Position numbers and translations under genes: made by a program. This document shows positions 42,137 through 52,775 of a DNA stretch of 64,000 nt, piece after piece. Origin of the DNA: Longimicrobiales bacterium (GTDB lineage: Bacteria; Gemmatimonadota; Gemmatimonadetes; Longimicrobiales; Gaopeijiaceae); assembly GCA_965197725.1 (NCBI GenBank), contig CBDANQ010000054.1, positions 38,823-102,822 on the forward strand, in the 5' to 3' direction. The number at the start of each line of letters is the position of its first letter. Within the stretch, counting starts at the first letter, position 1. Below the pieces are notes generated by a model, which saw only the letters and a list, made by a program, of their open reading frames with translations, was not told the origin of the DNA and did no database searches.

Positions 42137-43252
42137 CTACCCTCCCGCCCCGACACTCCCCGCGCGGGCGCCCTCACTGACCAGGAGGGCCGACACGACC
42201 TCCGCCACTTGACCGGCTCCACCAGCCCCTCGCGGTCGACGCGGCAGGCTGAGCAGCTCCGGCACCCGGTCGATCCAACCACCCTCCGCGAAGTCCTCAG
42301 GAGATATCTCAAAGCCGAGCAGCTCACGTCGGACGAAGGCCTCGAGCGGGGGCATTTCCCGAGAATCGCTCCGGCTCACGTAGGCGTATGGGAGCCCTTC
42401 GCGCCAGGACTCCGCGGTGATGCCGTACCCGAGCTTGGAGACCAGCGCGTCGGCGGCGCGCAACAGGTTGGGCATGAAGATAGCGGATCGACTGCTGAAC
42501 ACTATCAGGTTGCCGTCACGGGTCGTCTCACTCGCCCCGGTCACCACAAAGACCACGTCGGACATCGCGCGAAGCCGCTTCAGAAAGGGCATGCCTTCGG
42601 CATAGCCGCCCATAGTGATCACGACGACCTGCGCATCGAGAGGGATATCAAGCTGAGTCCGGATCTCCCCGCGCTCGAGCCGGGGTGCCCGGCTGATCGG
42701 GTCGACCAGCGTCTCCACGGCAGCGTCGCGCCAACAGAGCGGCTCCGTCTGGATGTGCACCGTAGCCTTTCTCCACCACTGATCGAGTTCAGCGCCGAAG
42801 CGCTCGAGGTCCGGAGCGCGTTCGTGTAGCGGCTCGTACAGCCATTGCCACGAAAAGCTTTCGATGAGCACCGAGGGCAGACCGGCGCGCTCCGCGACCG
42901 CGATGCCGAGCGGAGCGATGTCACACAGGACCGCGGTGCACCCCGCCTGGAGCACGCGGGCGGCGAGGTCGACTAGTACGAGCGGATCGAAGGGGAGCAG
43001 GTCGCCGAGTGCCTCGACGGTCCCGTCCAAGTCGTAGCGAAGAGCTGATGCCTGCACGAAGCCCACGTCGCAGACGACGTCGTGGTACCGGAAGAGACCC
43101 TCGATCGACCCGTCGAAGAACCACCGTGGCACGGTCGTGTAGAGTTCGAACTCCGCGCTGGTCCTCTCGTGGAGCGCGGCCATCACGGCCGACGAACGCG
43201 CGGCGTGGCCGTAGCCGTGGGGGGAGACAAAGAACGCGAGGCGCTCTTCCAC
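42137..43252 (-). CDS. GT-B glycosyltransferase-like protein
   Basis: SPHGYGHAAR, CDIAPL, ITMGG, SKLGYG motifs. Confidence 0.75.
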   Translation of the reverse strand: MEERLAFFVSPHGYGHAARSSAVMAALHERTSAEFELYTTVPRWFFDGSIEGLFRYHDVVCDVGFVQASALRYDLDGTVEALGDLLPFDPLVLVDLAARVLQAGCTAVLCDIAPLGIAVAERAGLPSVLIESFSWQWLYEPLHERAPDLERFGAELDQWWRKATVHIQTEPLCWRDAAVETLVDPISRAPRLERGEIRTQLDIPLDAQVVVITMGGYAEGMPFLKRLRAMSDVVFVVTGASETTRDGNLIVFSSRSAIFMPNLLRAADALVSKLGYGITAESWREGLPYAYVSRSDSREMPPLEAFVRRELLGFEISPEDFAEGGWIDRVPELLSLPRRPRGAGGAGQVAEVVSALLVSEGARAGSVGAGG

Positions 43253-44017
43253 TCAGTCGCTCACACGCAGAACGTCGGCGATTCCGTCCGCCGCGTTCGC
43301 GATGCACCGCTCACCGATGTCGGCGCTCATCCCTCGCGCGTCGCCCAAGATCCCGTTGGGGGTCACGGTCCGGAAGCCATCGCGGAAGATTCTCTCGGCG
43401 AGTTCCTCATCGAAGCCCTGGATGTAGCCGCGTTCCGCCCGGCTCTCGCGGACCAGTTCAGGGCGGATGCACAGCATCTCAGAGGACTCCGAGATATCTG
43501 CGTGGCCCCCGACCCTATCCTCCAACCCGGGAGCCTCGCTCTCGACGGCATTCTTCCAGAACGTCATGAAGCCCATCAGGTTGGAATAGGCATCTACGGC
43601 GCAGTCTGGCGCGACCGCGCTGCGGAGATCGTGTAGCATTTCGGCGAGCGGCGCGAAGTTTCCTCCGTGCGATGGCACGAAGCACACCCGCCGGAATCCG
43701 TGGCGCGCCAGGCTCACCGTATAGTCCATGCACAGGGCTTCGAGCGTTTGTCGCCGCAGTGACAGCGTGCCCGGAAAACCCATGTGGTGCTCGGAACAAC
43801 CCACGCGAATCGTCGGTGCGACCAGCGCATGACCGAGCCGTCGAGCGACCTCGAGTCCAAGCCGGTCCCCACGCGCGGCATCAACGAGTAGAGGTAAGTG
43901 CGGCCCGTGTTGTTCCGTGGCGCCGACGGCGACCACGACGGTGGTGAAGCCCGCCTCCAGCGCCTGGCCCACCTCGGGCCAAGTCATCTCTTCCAGTAGT
44001 AGGTTCGGTTCTGTCAT
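43253..44017 (-). CDS. Creatininase/creatinine amidohydrolase family protein
   Basis: GATEQHGPHLP..D, SEHHMGFPGT, HGGN, HADISE. Confidence 0.9.
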   Translation of the reverse strand: MTEPNLLLEEMTWPEVGQALEAGFTTVVVAVGATEQHGPHLPLLVDAARGDRLGLEVARRLGHALVAPTIRVGCSEHHMGFPGTLSLRRQTLEALCMDYTVSLARHGFRRVCFVPSHGGNFAPLAEMLHDLRSAVAPDCAVDAYSNLMGFMTFWKNAVESEAPGLEDRVGGHADISESSEMLCIRPELVRESRAERGYIQGFDEELAERIFRDGFRTVTPNGILGDARGMSADIGERCIANAADGIADVLRVSD

Positions 44018-44074
44018 GGTGGGAACGTAAACGATCTCCCCGAAACGGTCGAAAATTCTGAAACGGCCCGCATA

Positions 44075-44413
44075 TTGATCGCTGACGACGACGACGCCAG
44101 CCGAACACTGATGAGCCGGTCCGGTCGAGGGGCCGATTCATCGATATACGTGGCTGGACGCCCGAAACCGATCACGCCGACTCGCCCATGCACTCGAGGC
44201 GCACGGCATCTCCGCCGGGAGGAGCGCCCTATCCTGATCGCCGTGCCTGCGCCCGACTCGAGTCCGAGCAAGGAGAGCGTTCTCGAGTACCTCTCCGGCA
44301 CGCTGGCCAAGTGGCAGTTACCCGACGAGGTCATCTTCGTGGATGAGCTGCCGATGGGAGCGACGGGCAAAGTGCAAAAGTCGAAGCTGCGCGAGCGGTA
44401 CGCTGGGAACTGA
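44075..44413 (+). pseudogene. C-terminal remnant of a long-chain acyl-CoA synthetase
   Basis: ERPILIAV...AKWQLPDEVIFVDELPMGATGKVQK from about 44220. No AMP-binding core upstream. Confidence 0.75.
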
Positions 44414-44441
44414 CGCCCCGAGCTGGGGCCGCCGACTCCGC

Positions 44442-45719
44442 TCAGCTTCGGATTTGACCCGTGCCCTTTACGACGAACTTTCGGGTTGTCAGTTCACGGG
44501 CACCCATCGGGCCGAACGCGTGCAGCTTCGACGTGGAGATCCCGATCTCGGCGCCGAGCCCCAACTGACCTCCATCGGCAAAGCGTGTGCTCGCATTGAC
44601 GAGTACCGTGCTCGCCTGAACCGCCGACACGAACGCTTGCGCCGCGGCATCGTCCGACGTCACGATCGCTTCGGTGTGGGACGAGCCGTGATTGTCGATG
44701 TGCTCGATCGCCGCGGCCAGGTCGTCCACGATGCGCACCGCGAGGATCAGGTCCAGGTACTCTTCGTCCCAGTCGGCCTCACTCGCCGGCACCACGACCT
44801 CACCGAGCAGCTCTCGAGTCCGCGCGCACCCGCGTAGCTCCACTCCAGAGTCCGTCAGCGCCTCGGCGATGGCGGGTAGGAGGTCCGGCGCAGCTGTCTG
44901 ATGCACCAACAGGGTCTCGAGAGCGTTGCACACGCCCGGACGTTGCACCTTGGCATTGCTCACGATACTGGTCGCCATCCGTGCGTCGGCCGAAGCGTCG
45001 ACGTACACGTGGCATACTCCCTTGTAGTGCTGAAGCACCGGAATTCGGCTCTTCTCCGTCACGGCACGGATCAGCCCCTCGCCGCCGCGCGGAATCACCA
45101 GATCGATGTACTGATCCTGCTCGAGTAGAACGTCGACCGCCGAGCGGTCCGCTACGGGGATGAGCTGGATCACGTCGGCCGGCACGTCCGTCGTGTCGAG
45201 CCCGGCGCGAAGGGCTTCGGCGATCGCGTGATTCGAGTGAAGAGCTTCCTTGCCGCCTCTGAGAATGGACGCGTTACCGGCCTTCAGACACAGCGCCGCG
45301 GCGTCCGCCGTAACGTTGGGCCGGCTCTCGTAGATCATGGCCACGACCCCCAGCGGGATGCGCACGCGACTCACGGTGAGTCCGTTGGGTCGCACGAGCT
45401 CGTCGGAGACCTCGCCGAGCGGGTCCGGCTGATCCGCGATTTCCCGTACCGCCTCTGTCAGCCCAGCGACACCGTCGTGGTTCATGACCAGGCGGTCACG
45501 CATCGCGGGGCTGACCCCCGCCGCATCGGCAGCCGCGAGGTCTAACGCGTTGGCCGCTACGATCTGATCGGCGGCGGCAGCCACGGCGTCCGCCATGACC
45601 TCGAGCGCCACGCGACGCTGCTCGCCCGTGGTCGTCGCCAGCTTCCGGCTGGCCGCTCGGGCCCTGCGCGCGAGATCCGGGATCAGCAGCTCTACCGAGG
45701 TGGCCGCCGAGACTGCCAC
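44442..45719 (-). CDS. proA: Gamma-glutamyl phosphate reductase
   Basis: IYESRPNVT, PRGGEGL, CNALETL, NASTRFADG, EIGISTSKLHA.GP. Confidence 0.96.
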   Translation of the reverse strand: MAVSAATSVELLIPDLARRARAASRKLATTTGEQRRVALEVMADAVAAAADQIVAANALDLAAADAAGVSPAMRDRLVMNHDGVAGLTEAVREIADQPDPLGEVSDELVRPNGLTVSRVRIPLGVVAMIYESRPNVTADAAALCLKAGNASILRGGKEALHSNHAIAEALRAGLDTTDVPADVIQLIPVADRSAVDVLLEQDQYIDLVIPRGGEGLIRAVTEKSRIPVLQHYKGVCHVYVDASADARMATSIVSNAKVQRPGVCNALETLLVHQTAAPDLLPAIAEALTDSGVELRGCARTRELLGEVVVPASEADWDEEYLDLILAVRIVDDLAAAIEHIDNHGSSHTEAIVTSDDAAAQAFVSAVQASTVLVNASTRFADGGQLGLGAEIGISTSKLHAFGPMGARELTTRKFVVKGTGQIRS

Positions 45720-46909
45720 TAACCCTTCTCTTCGTCGATGATGAACATGCGATCGCTTCGCATGACTACGGCGCCGACCTCCCTTCCAAGCACTTGCTCG
45801 AGGTCCCTGCTGTGCAGGCCGCGGATGCGCTCGACGTCTCGGTCGTCGAAGCGGACGATACCGCGCGCGTGCTCCACCCCCCCACGATCGACCACCGAGA
45901 CCAGATCTCCCTTCCGGAAGCGGCCCACGACCTCGACGATGCCACGGGGCAGGAGGCTCGCACGCCCACGGATGGCAGACGCGGCGCCGTCATCGACCAC
46001 CAAGCCGCCTGCGAGTCGACGTTGCACGGCCATCCAGTGCTGACGTGCCCGGAGCGGATCGGCTGCGGGGGCGATGTAGGTTCCGACCTCGTCGCCGCGA
46101 AGCACCGCTGCGATCGTGTCCGCGTCGGTACCGGAGGCGATAACGGTCGGGATCCCGTACCTGCCCGCCATCTCCGCGGCCTCGAGCTTGGTGACCATGC
46201 CCCCGATCGACTCGCGCGAAGCCTTCTTGAAGCAGAGCTCCTTCAACTCCCGCGCACTGCGCGCGAAAGGAATCGGCTGCAGTTCGGGGTCGTGCTTCGG
46301 GTCGTGGGGGAATACGCCCGCGACGTCCGTCAGGAGCAAGAGAAGATCCGCGTCCACCAGAGCTGCCGTAATGGCCGCGAGGTTGTCGTTGTCACCGACC
46401 ATGATTTCGTCAACGCTCACCGTGTCGTTCTCGTTCACGATCGGGACCATTCCGCGATCGAGCAGCGCCGTGAAGGCGTCCCGAACGGTGACGTAGCGGC
46501 GACGATCCGAGAGACAATCGTTGGTGAGCAGAACCTGCGCGACGTGGCGCCCTCGGTCCTTGAAGACTGCTTCCCACATGCTCATGAGTCGAGTCTGCCC
46601 CACCGCCGCCGCGGCCTGACGGTCCCGTACCGCCTCGGGCGCTGCGTCGAATCCGAGCACGCGAAAGCCGGCCGCAACCGCACCGCTCGAAACGATGACG
46701 ACTTCGGTGTCCGTCGCGCTGGTGACCGAGGCCGCCACCCGAGCAAGCGTGTCGGCACACAGCTCGGCGCCGCCCGCCGTGAGCGTGCGACTCCCCAGTT
46801 TCAGGACGACGCGCTTCGGCTCGAGTCTAGGGATCCCGTTGCGCGGGTCCGTCGGCCGGTGCCCAGCTTCGGACCCCGTGCTCCGGGTCGCAATATCATG
46901 CATAACCAA
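45719..46909 (-). CDS. proB: Glutamate 5-kinase
   Basis: VLKLGS, SSGAVAAG, NENDTV, GDNDNL, GGMVTKL, C-terminal PUA domain. Confidence 0.95.
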   Translation of the reverse strand: MVMHDIATRSTGSEAGHRPTDPRNGIPRLEPKRVVLKLGSRTLTAGGAELCADTLARVAASVTSATDTEVVIVSSGAVAAGFRVLGFDAAPEAVRDRQAAAAVGQTRLMSMWEAVFKDRGRHVAQVLLTNDCLSDRRRYVTVRDAFTALLDRGMVPIVNENDTVSVDEIMVGDNDNLAAITAALVDADLLLLLTDVAGVFPHDPKHDPELQPIPFARSARELKELCFKKASRESIGGMVTKLEAAEMAGRYGIPTVIASGTDADTIAAVLRGDEVGTYIAPAADPLRARQHWMAVQRRLAGGLVVDDGAASAIRGRASLLPRGIVEVVGRFRKGDLVSVVDRGGVEHARGIVRFDDRDVERIRGLHSRDLEQVLGREVGAVVMRSDRMFIIDEEKG

Positions 46910-47364
46910 AGAATATATATGCGTCTCGCGTGGGCGGAAGGGCTCCAGGGCTTCGTGGCGTAACAGAAGCGCGGGGGGCGGGGCAGCTGCCCGAGAAGCC
47001 CACGCAACGGAAGAGGCCCGGAGCAGCAGTCTCAGCCACTCCAGGCCGCGCTACTGCCCGGTGGCATAAGCCCTCCCGTGAGGAACGACCGCCGACCGCT
47101 GTGCGCGACGTCGTCACGGGGTCGACGCACCGTGTTCCAAGTCCGCCCAACGACGGAAGAACGACGTCTTGCTGCCCGTCTCATGCCACACCCCGACATG
47201 CGTTCCCTCATCCGAGGGCCGAGGTTCCACATCACCCCCGATTGGCAGCGGTTCAGTGCGGCGCACGGGGCGAGCAGCCACCTATATGATGTGCTCCCCG
47301 AGCGCCCGTCCGCAAGGCCCTGCGAAGCCGTCCTACGGAGAGGACGCCGACCCAGATTTGGAGA

Positions 47365-47820
47365 ATGCGCATTATAGATGCAACGCAGTACACAACAATA
47401 ACTTACAGAATAGCTCCAAGAACGGCACGCCAGGTGCGCTCTCGCCATCTCAACCAAGAACGTCCATGCAATGGCGCCACGACACCGCAACCGCCCCCGG
47501 TCGTGTACGAGCGATGGCACAACCACTGGCTCGGAGGGCTGATCAGCCCGGACCAGGAGATCGCACTTCGGGAGATGTGCCCCTCTGGCAACGCGACCAT
47601 CCATGAAGAGGTGTCGTTCCTCAGCGGACTCGTAGGAGCGCTGATAGGAGCGCTGACCGGAGAGATGTACGCGCCGACCACGGTCGAGGTCCGCTCTGAC
47701 GATCGCAGCACTGATCTGGCGTTCAACACCGCGGACGTGAAACGCATAGTTACTTCGCCCGAGTTCGTGCGGTGGGTCAGGGCGACGGTGCCGGGAGCGA
47801 CCTCGGTACGCCACAAGTGA
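47365..47820 (+). CDS. Bor/Iss-like protein, N-terminus apparently degenerate
   Basis: WHNHWLGGLI...MCPSG...SFLSGLV...YAPTTVEV pattern. No lipoprotein signal visible. Confidence 0.5.
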   Translation: MRIIDATQYTTITYRIAPRTARQVRSRHLNQERPCNGATTPQPPPVVYERWHNHWLGGLISPDQEIALREMCPSGNATIHEEVSFLSGLVGALIGALTGEMYAPTTVEVRSDDRSTDLAFNTADVKRIVTSPEFVRWVRATVPGATSVRHK

Positions 47821-47842
47821 TCACGCCACTGCGCACGCGACC

Positions 47843-47919
47843 TCACTCCGCCCGCGTAAGCGCGACTCGCAGGTCGGTGACGAGGTCGGTGGCGTCCTCG
47901 ATGCCGACGTACGGATCAT
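47843..47919 (-). pseudogene. metB: C-terminal stub of cystathionine gamma-synthase/Cys-Met metabolism PLP enzyme
   Basis: VGIEDATDLVTDLRVALTRAE-stop directly after the metX stop, with an overlapping ATGA. Confidence 0.7.
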
Positions 47920-48962
47920 CGGCGCACCTCATGGACCTCGATCGCCGCGCGCAGTGCAGACGAAACGCGTTCGGGTTCCTTGAGGAACGCATCGTGACCG
48001 AAAGGCGAGGACAGCGTTACGTGCTCGCAGACGCCCGGAGCCCCCTGGGCGAGCTCTTCGACCAGCCACGGGGGGACGAGCGCGTCGGTGTCGAAGGAAA
48101 ACAAGGAAGTCCGGCTCTTCACGAGCGCGGGGTCGACGTAGTGGATGTCGATCGACGTCGACAGGCTCAAGTAGCTCGCCGCATCGAAGACGCTCGCAAA
48201 CGCTTCGCCGCGCGCCTCGAGGTAGTCTTGAACCGGGAAGCGCACCGCTCCCCGGTTGATGTCGAGGCTGGCGAGGTCGGGGCTATAGTCGAAGCGTCGT
48301 TCGAATTCATCGGCGCTTCGGTAGGTGGCCATCGCCAACGCGCGGGCGAGCGCGAGCCCCTCTGCCGGAGCTCCACGTTCTTCACCGAGTCGCACGACCG
48401 AGCGCTGGATCGACCGCCAGGCCGTTGCCATCGGATGCGTGCGGTGCGCCGCACACAGCAATACCAGCCCGGATACCCTACTGGCGAAGAGTTCCGCAAA
48501 CGCGAGAGCGACCATGCCGCCGTACGACGAGCCCACGAAAGTGACGGAAGGAGCACCGAGAACGTCGAGAACGGCGGCGATCGCGCGAGCCTGGTCGTGC
48601 GTGGTCACTGGCCCTGTCGCGCGAAGGGTGGAGTCGGGACCGGCAAGGTAGTCGATGCCGATGAGCCGTTGGCGGGTCGGATCGAGCGCTCCCCCGAGCC
48701 CAACTACGCCGGGCCACCAGCCGGGCGAAGGGTCGGCAACTGTCGGCGCGAGATGCCGACCTGCCGAGATGCCTCCGAGCACGACGAGCGCCGGCGTGTT
48801 CGCCGGGCCATACACCTCGTACGAGACTTCGACGGCCTGGGTCGCGTGATGGTCCAGCTCGATGCGATGGCGTGTGCGACCGGAGAAGCCCGGCGATGTG
48901 CCGGTTGAACGGCATGCTTCAACGTGGCCGGTGGAGCCGCGGGCGGTGGCTGCGTACGTCAT
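47916..48962 (-). CDS. metX: Homoserine O-acyltransferase, MetX family
   Basis: LGGISA, GWWPGVVG, GSSYGG nucleophile, GHDAFLKE. GGAGG RBS. Preceded by a SAM riboswitch. Confidence 0.9.
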   Translation of the reverse strand: MTYAATARGSTGHVEACRSTGTSPGFSGRTRHRIELDHHATQAVEVSYEVYGPANTPALVVLGGISAGRHLAPTVADPSPGWWPGVVGLGGALDPTRQRLIGIDYLAGPDSTLRATGPVTTHDQARAIAAVLDVLGAPSVTFVGSSYGGMVALAFAELFASRVSGLVLLCAAHRTHPMATAWRSIQRSVVRLGEERGAPAEGLALARALAMATYRSADEFERRFDYSPDLASLDINRGAVRFPVQDYLEARGEAFASVFDAASYLSLSTSIDIHYVDPALVKSRTSLFSFDTDALVPPWLVEELAQGAPGVCEHVTLSSPFGHDAFLKEPERVSSALRAAIEVHEVRR

Positions 48963-49050
48963 GTCGATCCTCCAGACCGAGATATTCCATCGGACTCCCG
49001 GAGATCGACGCCCTCGAAGCTCGGCGGCTACGCGTTCGCGAAGCGGGCGA

Positions 49051-49163
49051 CTCATCTTCCAATGGACTCGCGTCCACCGTAGGAGTTGGCACCTTGCGGA
49101 AATGCCACATTCCGCAGGTTGCCCCGGTGTCTACGGGCCTGTCCCTCGACCGGTCTCGATGAG
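49051..49163 (-). ncRNA. SAM-I (S-box) riboswitch
   Basis: Minus strand CTCATCGAGA..GAGGGACAGGCCC..GGCAACC..AAGGTGCCAACTCC..GGAAGATGAG. P1 helix CTCATC/GATGAG. Confidence 0.93.
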
Positions 49164-49247
49164 CTGTTGTGGTGTCAACAGTAGTCGGTCCGGCCGGGGT
49201 AGGTCAACCGGTCACCGGAGACTGCGCCTCGCGGGCTCGGTCCCCCG

Positions 49248-50520
49248 TCACCTTCCTCGGATCGACTTCGAGAAGATCGTGCGGAACCCCCTATCGGTCT
49301 CGCAGATCGGCGGTGGGTCGAAGGCCGCGTCCGGCCGGCCGCTGACTCCTGCCCGCGCGCCGTTGGGTCCGGTGTCTGGGCAGCCCGCCACTACGCTCAG
49401 CTGAATACGGCCGCGGGAGCGGAAGTCGAGCCTCATGTACCCGGGGAGAGAGGCTGCGAAGAGAGTCTCCACGGTTTCGCGCTCGACCCCCCGAACCGCG
49501 GTTCGCTTGCTTGCACTTCCCGAGACGAGGTGATGCCAGCTGGCGCCGGGGGACCTCCCGTCACGGTTCTCGCTCAATTCATGCACCTGGAGCGAGTGAT
49601 CGTGGCCGGCGGCAAAGATGATCGGGACGCGACTCGAGACCACGAGAGGCTCGATCACCCTGAGGTAGTCCCGATAAGCCGCGGCGGCCACATCCTGGTT
49701 CAAAAGGCGTGCGCCGTAAGCAATGCCCTCCAAAATCTCGCTGTTGCCGCCGTGGGGACCCCCTGTGAGGAGCGGGTGGTGGGCGGCCAGGACCACCTGC
49801 GTGTCCCCGGCGGCGGCCGAGCTCGGACCGAAGCCGTCGCACGACGTCTTCCTTCGACTGGGAGGCACAGTCGGTATTCGCCGCCACGCCCGAAATCCAC
49901 CACTGAGAGTCAACCGCCAGCACGCGCGCCAGCAGAGCACCCGCCCGGTTCCGGATATCGACCCTCCTCGGACCGGGACACCCGGCCTCGGGGACCATCG
50001 GGAATGTGTCGCTTCCCATGGCCCCGAGAGCGACGCCATCAGTCCTAAGAGCCCTCTCCTGCGCCCGGAGACGCCGTCTTCCTACCGGGGCGGTCGTGTT
50101 CGCCCAGTCGTGGTTCCCCGGCATGAAGCGCGCCCGAGCCGACGCGCCTCGCACAACCTCGACCTGCGCGTCGAGGAGCTCGAGATCTTCCGGGTGATCT
50201 GCGCGTACGCCGGCTTCGTAAACGTTGTCCCCTAGGTACAGGACCATCACGGGAACACCTTGATCGCTCAGTGCACGGACGCGCCCCCGCAGGTCGCGCA
50301 GCACCGGGTTCTCCACGAACGGCACGTACCCGGCGTCCCCGACGAGGAAGAGGACCGCTTCCTGATCCGAAGCGCCCGGGTCGCGGCATTCGAGCGGCGC
50401 ACGCATGCCTTGGGAGGGTGGCCGGCACGTCGTGACAAACTCGTTGAGGCCGCAGCCCGCTGCTACGAACACGAGGATTGGCACGGCCGCGGTGGCCCAT
50501 GTGCCCCTCCGGCACCCCAT
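49248..50520 (-). CDS. Metallophosphoesterase lipoprotein (frameshift near 49820)
   Basis: VGDAG, LGDNVY, PGNHDW in the first frame. AHHP and AGHDHSLQ in the second. Confidence 0.82.
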
Positions 50521-50525
50521 AACTA

Positions 50526-51182
50526 TCAGAACCTGACCGACCAGTAGAAGAGGGGGATCGCAGCTATTCCGCCGCCCCATGCACCTAGCCCCCAGCCGTT
50601 GTGGTCCTCACCGGGTCTTGCCAAGACCACGATGGCGCCGACCAGCGCCCCCGCACCGAGTCCGATGAGTGCACCGGACCACGCGCCACCGGGCAGCTCA
50701 TCACCGAGCTCTTCCGGTCCCAGGCTCGCGAGCACCGCGGTGAGGGCCCCGACGGCAGCCCCGGTCGCAACACCGGCCACCGCGCCTTGAACCGTCGGTC
50801 CGACCGCGTGCCCAAGGGTGGCGCCCTCGCCGGTAGAGATGGAGATCGCTCCGACGGCAGCTCCCCCGATCACCCACGGCAGCAACTCGCCGAGGGCCTC
50901 GCTCACCGATCCCTCGACATAGCTGTCGAAGACGTTCGCCTTGAGCGTCACTAGCGAGACGCCCGCCAGTGCGCCGGTCAGTGCACCGAGCACGGCCCCG
51001 CCTACGGCCGACCCTACTCCCGCCTCGACGGGCGGAGACGACTGGCCGGAGCCCTGCGAAGGCCCAACGATTGCGGTGACGACAAGCGCCGCGGTGAGCG
51101 CGAACCAAAGGCGAGCACACCGCGGCGCCTTCGCACTGACCCGTCCTGCGGACCGCGAAAACGCCAGTCCATTATACGTCAT
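50526..51182 (-). CDS. Gly/Ala-rich membrane protein
   Basis: Signal peptide and several glycine-zipper helices. Confidence 0.6.
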   Translation of the reverse strand: MTYNGLAFSRSAGRVSAKAPRCARLWFALTAALVVTAIVGPSQGSGQSSPPVEAGVGSAVGGAVLGALTGALAGVSLVTLKANVFDSYVEGSVSEALGELLPWVIGGAAVGAISISTGEGATLGHAVGPTVQGAVAGVATGAAVGALTAVLASLGPEELGDELPGGAWSGALIGLGAGALVGAIVVLARPGEDHNGWGLGAWGGGIAAIPLFYWSVRF

Positions 51183-51187
51183 CGTAT

Positions 51188-52387
51188 TTATGTGTCACCT
51201 GCACTAGTCATGATGAAAAGAGGCTTCTCCCCAAACGTCGTATACTTGGGTCGCAGCCGGTCCGTCTCATAGAAATGCTCGACATCCACCTTTTTCGTAC
51301 CCATCACCGCATCGATGGGCACGTGTCGATACACGCCGTCTCGGACCGCCACGAGCACGCCGCTCTGCCTCTGCCCGACCACGTCGAGCGCCAGGTTGCC
51401 GAAGGCCATCGGGACGATGGAGTCCAGCGCGTCGGGAGCTCCCGAACGGACCAGATACCCGAGCCGCTGGTTCACGGTGTTGATGAGCTTTCCGTTGTTG
51501 AAGCCTGGGGACAGCTCCTGGATGCGCTCGGAAAGTCGACCGCCGATGCCACCCAGCCTCTTATGGCCATACTGGTCCCTCTCTTGATCGGAGAAGACCA
51601 TGTCGGCGTCGCCGATCATCGTCGCGCCCTCGGAAACGAGCACGACCGAGTAGTGACTCGGATTCCGGCGCCGGTCTTCGACGAGCAGCTCAGTGAGGCG
51701 CTCGGCATCGAACGGGTACTCCGGAATCACGCATCGGTCCGCCGCCCCGGCCATCGCGGGCACCAGCGCCGTGTAGCCCGTGTAGCGCCCGAAGACCTCG
51801 ATGACCAGAATCCGCTCGTGGGATCCGGCCGACGTGCGCAGCCGGTGCGCGAGCTCGATCGTCCGGGTCACGCAGGTGCTGAACCCGATGCAGTAGTCGG
51901 TTCCCGGAACGTCGTTGTCCATCGTCTTCGGGATCGCGATGACGTTCACGCCCTCCTCATGCAGTCGATGCGCGTATGAGAGCGTGTCATCGCCGCCGAT
52001 CGGGATCAGCGTATCGATCCCCAGGAAGTCGAGGTTGTTCAACACCTCGGGTGTGATGTCGTTGATCTCGTCTCGATACCGATCCCGGAGATGTTGCGGC
52101 ACGAACGCCTTGGGCAAATGGCTGGGCAGGGTGCGCGACGAGTGAAGGATGGTGCCGCCCGTGCGACCGGCCGTGCGCACGACTTCGGGCGTCAGTTCCA
52201 CGATCGCCGCAGAGTTGTCCGTGTTCGGATCGGGCACGAGGTCCACCAGGCCGCGCCACCCGCGCCGGACCCCGAGTACCCGGTGCCCTTCCCGGACCGC
52301 ACGAAGGGTGACCGCGCGCACCGCCGGATTCAACCCCGGCACGTCTCCACCACCCGTCAGGATGGCGATGGTGCCCTTGGCGCTCAC
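51188..52387 (-). CDS. pfkA: 6-phosphofructokinase, PfkA family
   Basis: TGGGDVPGLN, GGTILHSSR, IGGDDT, PKTMDND. The GGDD and PKT(M) pattern suggests a PPi-using enzyme. Confidence 0.9.
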   Translation of the reverse strand: MSAKGTIAILTGGGDVPGLNPAVRAVTLRAVREGHRVLGVRRGWRGLVDLVPDPNTDNSAAIVELTPEVVRTAGRTGGTILHSSRTLPSHLPKAFVPQHLRDRYRDEINDITPEVLNNLDFLGIDTLIPIGGDDTLSYAHRLHEEGVNVIAIPKTMDNDVPGTDYCIGFSTCVTRTIELAHRLRTSAGSHERILVIEVFGRYTGYTALVPAMAGAADRCVIPEYPFDAERLTELLVEDRRRNPSHYSVVLVSEGATMIGDADMVFSDQERDQYGHKRLGGIGGRLSERIQELSPGFNNGKLINTVNQRLGYLVRSGAPDALDSIVPMAFGNLALDVVGQRQSGVLVAVRDGVYRHVPIDAVMGTKKVDVEHFYETDRLRPKYTTFGEKPLFIMTSAGDT

Positions 52388-52600
52388 ACGCCGTTCAGTG
52401 CGGTCATCCAAGACCCAACCGCGCGGGCGAAGTACTGCGGGCTGAACAGCGTCCGGTCCTCCCTGCCGGCGGGCAACCTGTACGCGTCGCCAGCCTGCTC
52501 CGCGGTCAACCCCCGTTCGATCGCGCGCCTTGCGGCTGCTTCCTCGTCGTCGAAGCGCCGCGTGTAGCTTCGGTAATCCCCCAAGATGACCTCCAGCTTC
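52384..52600 (-). pseudogene. C-terminal remnant of a lost upstream gene (possibly MBL-fold hydrolase)
   Basis: EAAARRAIERGLTAEQAGDAYRLP...LFSPQYFARAVGSW, ending in a GTGA overlap with the pfkA start. No start codon context. Confidence 0.45.
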
Positions 52601-52775
52601 AGTGTGGGCCGCAACCTACGGTTCCGTTGCCGGACTTCGCGAGCCACCAACGGGAGACAACGGATACGGCGGCGCTCGCGTAGAGACGCCGGAACGCACA
52701 CTTTGACAGCGTCTCGGGCAGTGCAGGTGTCTTCTCGCTACCTTGACGTTGATCCATAGCCGATGGAGGACTCTC

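Noticed and set aside
42137..44017. Mycofactocin cluster (MftE/MftF-like)
   Set aside because: No precursor peptide, MftB or MftC nearby, and the glycosyltransferase looks GT-B rather than family 2.
47360..47410. dif or att-like site in the AT-rich patch
   Set aside because: Only a partial XerC-arm resemblance, no XerD arm, and no integrase in the window.
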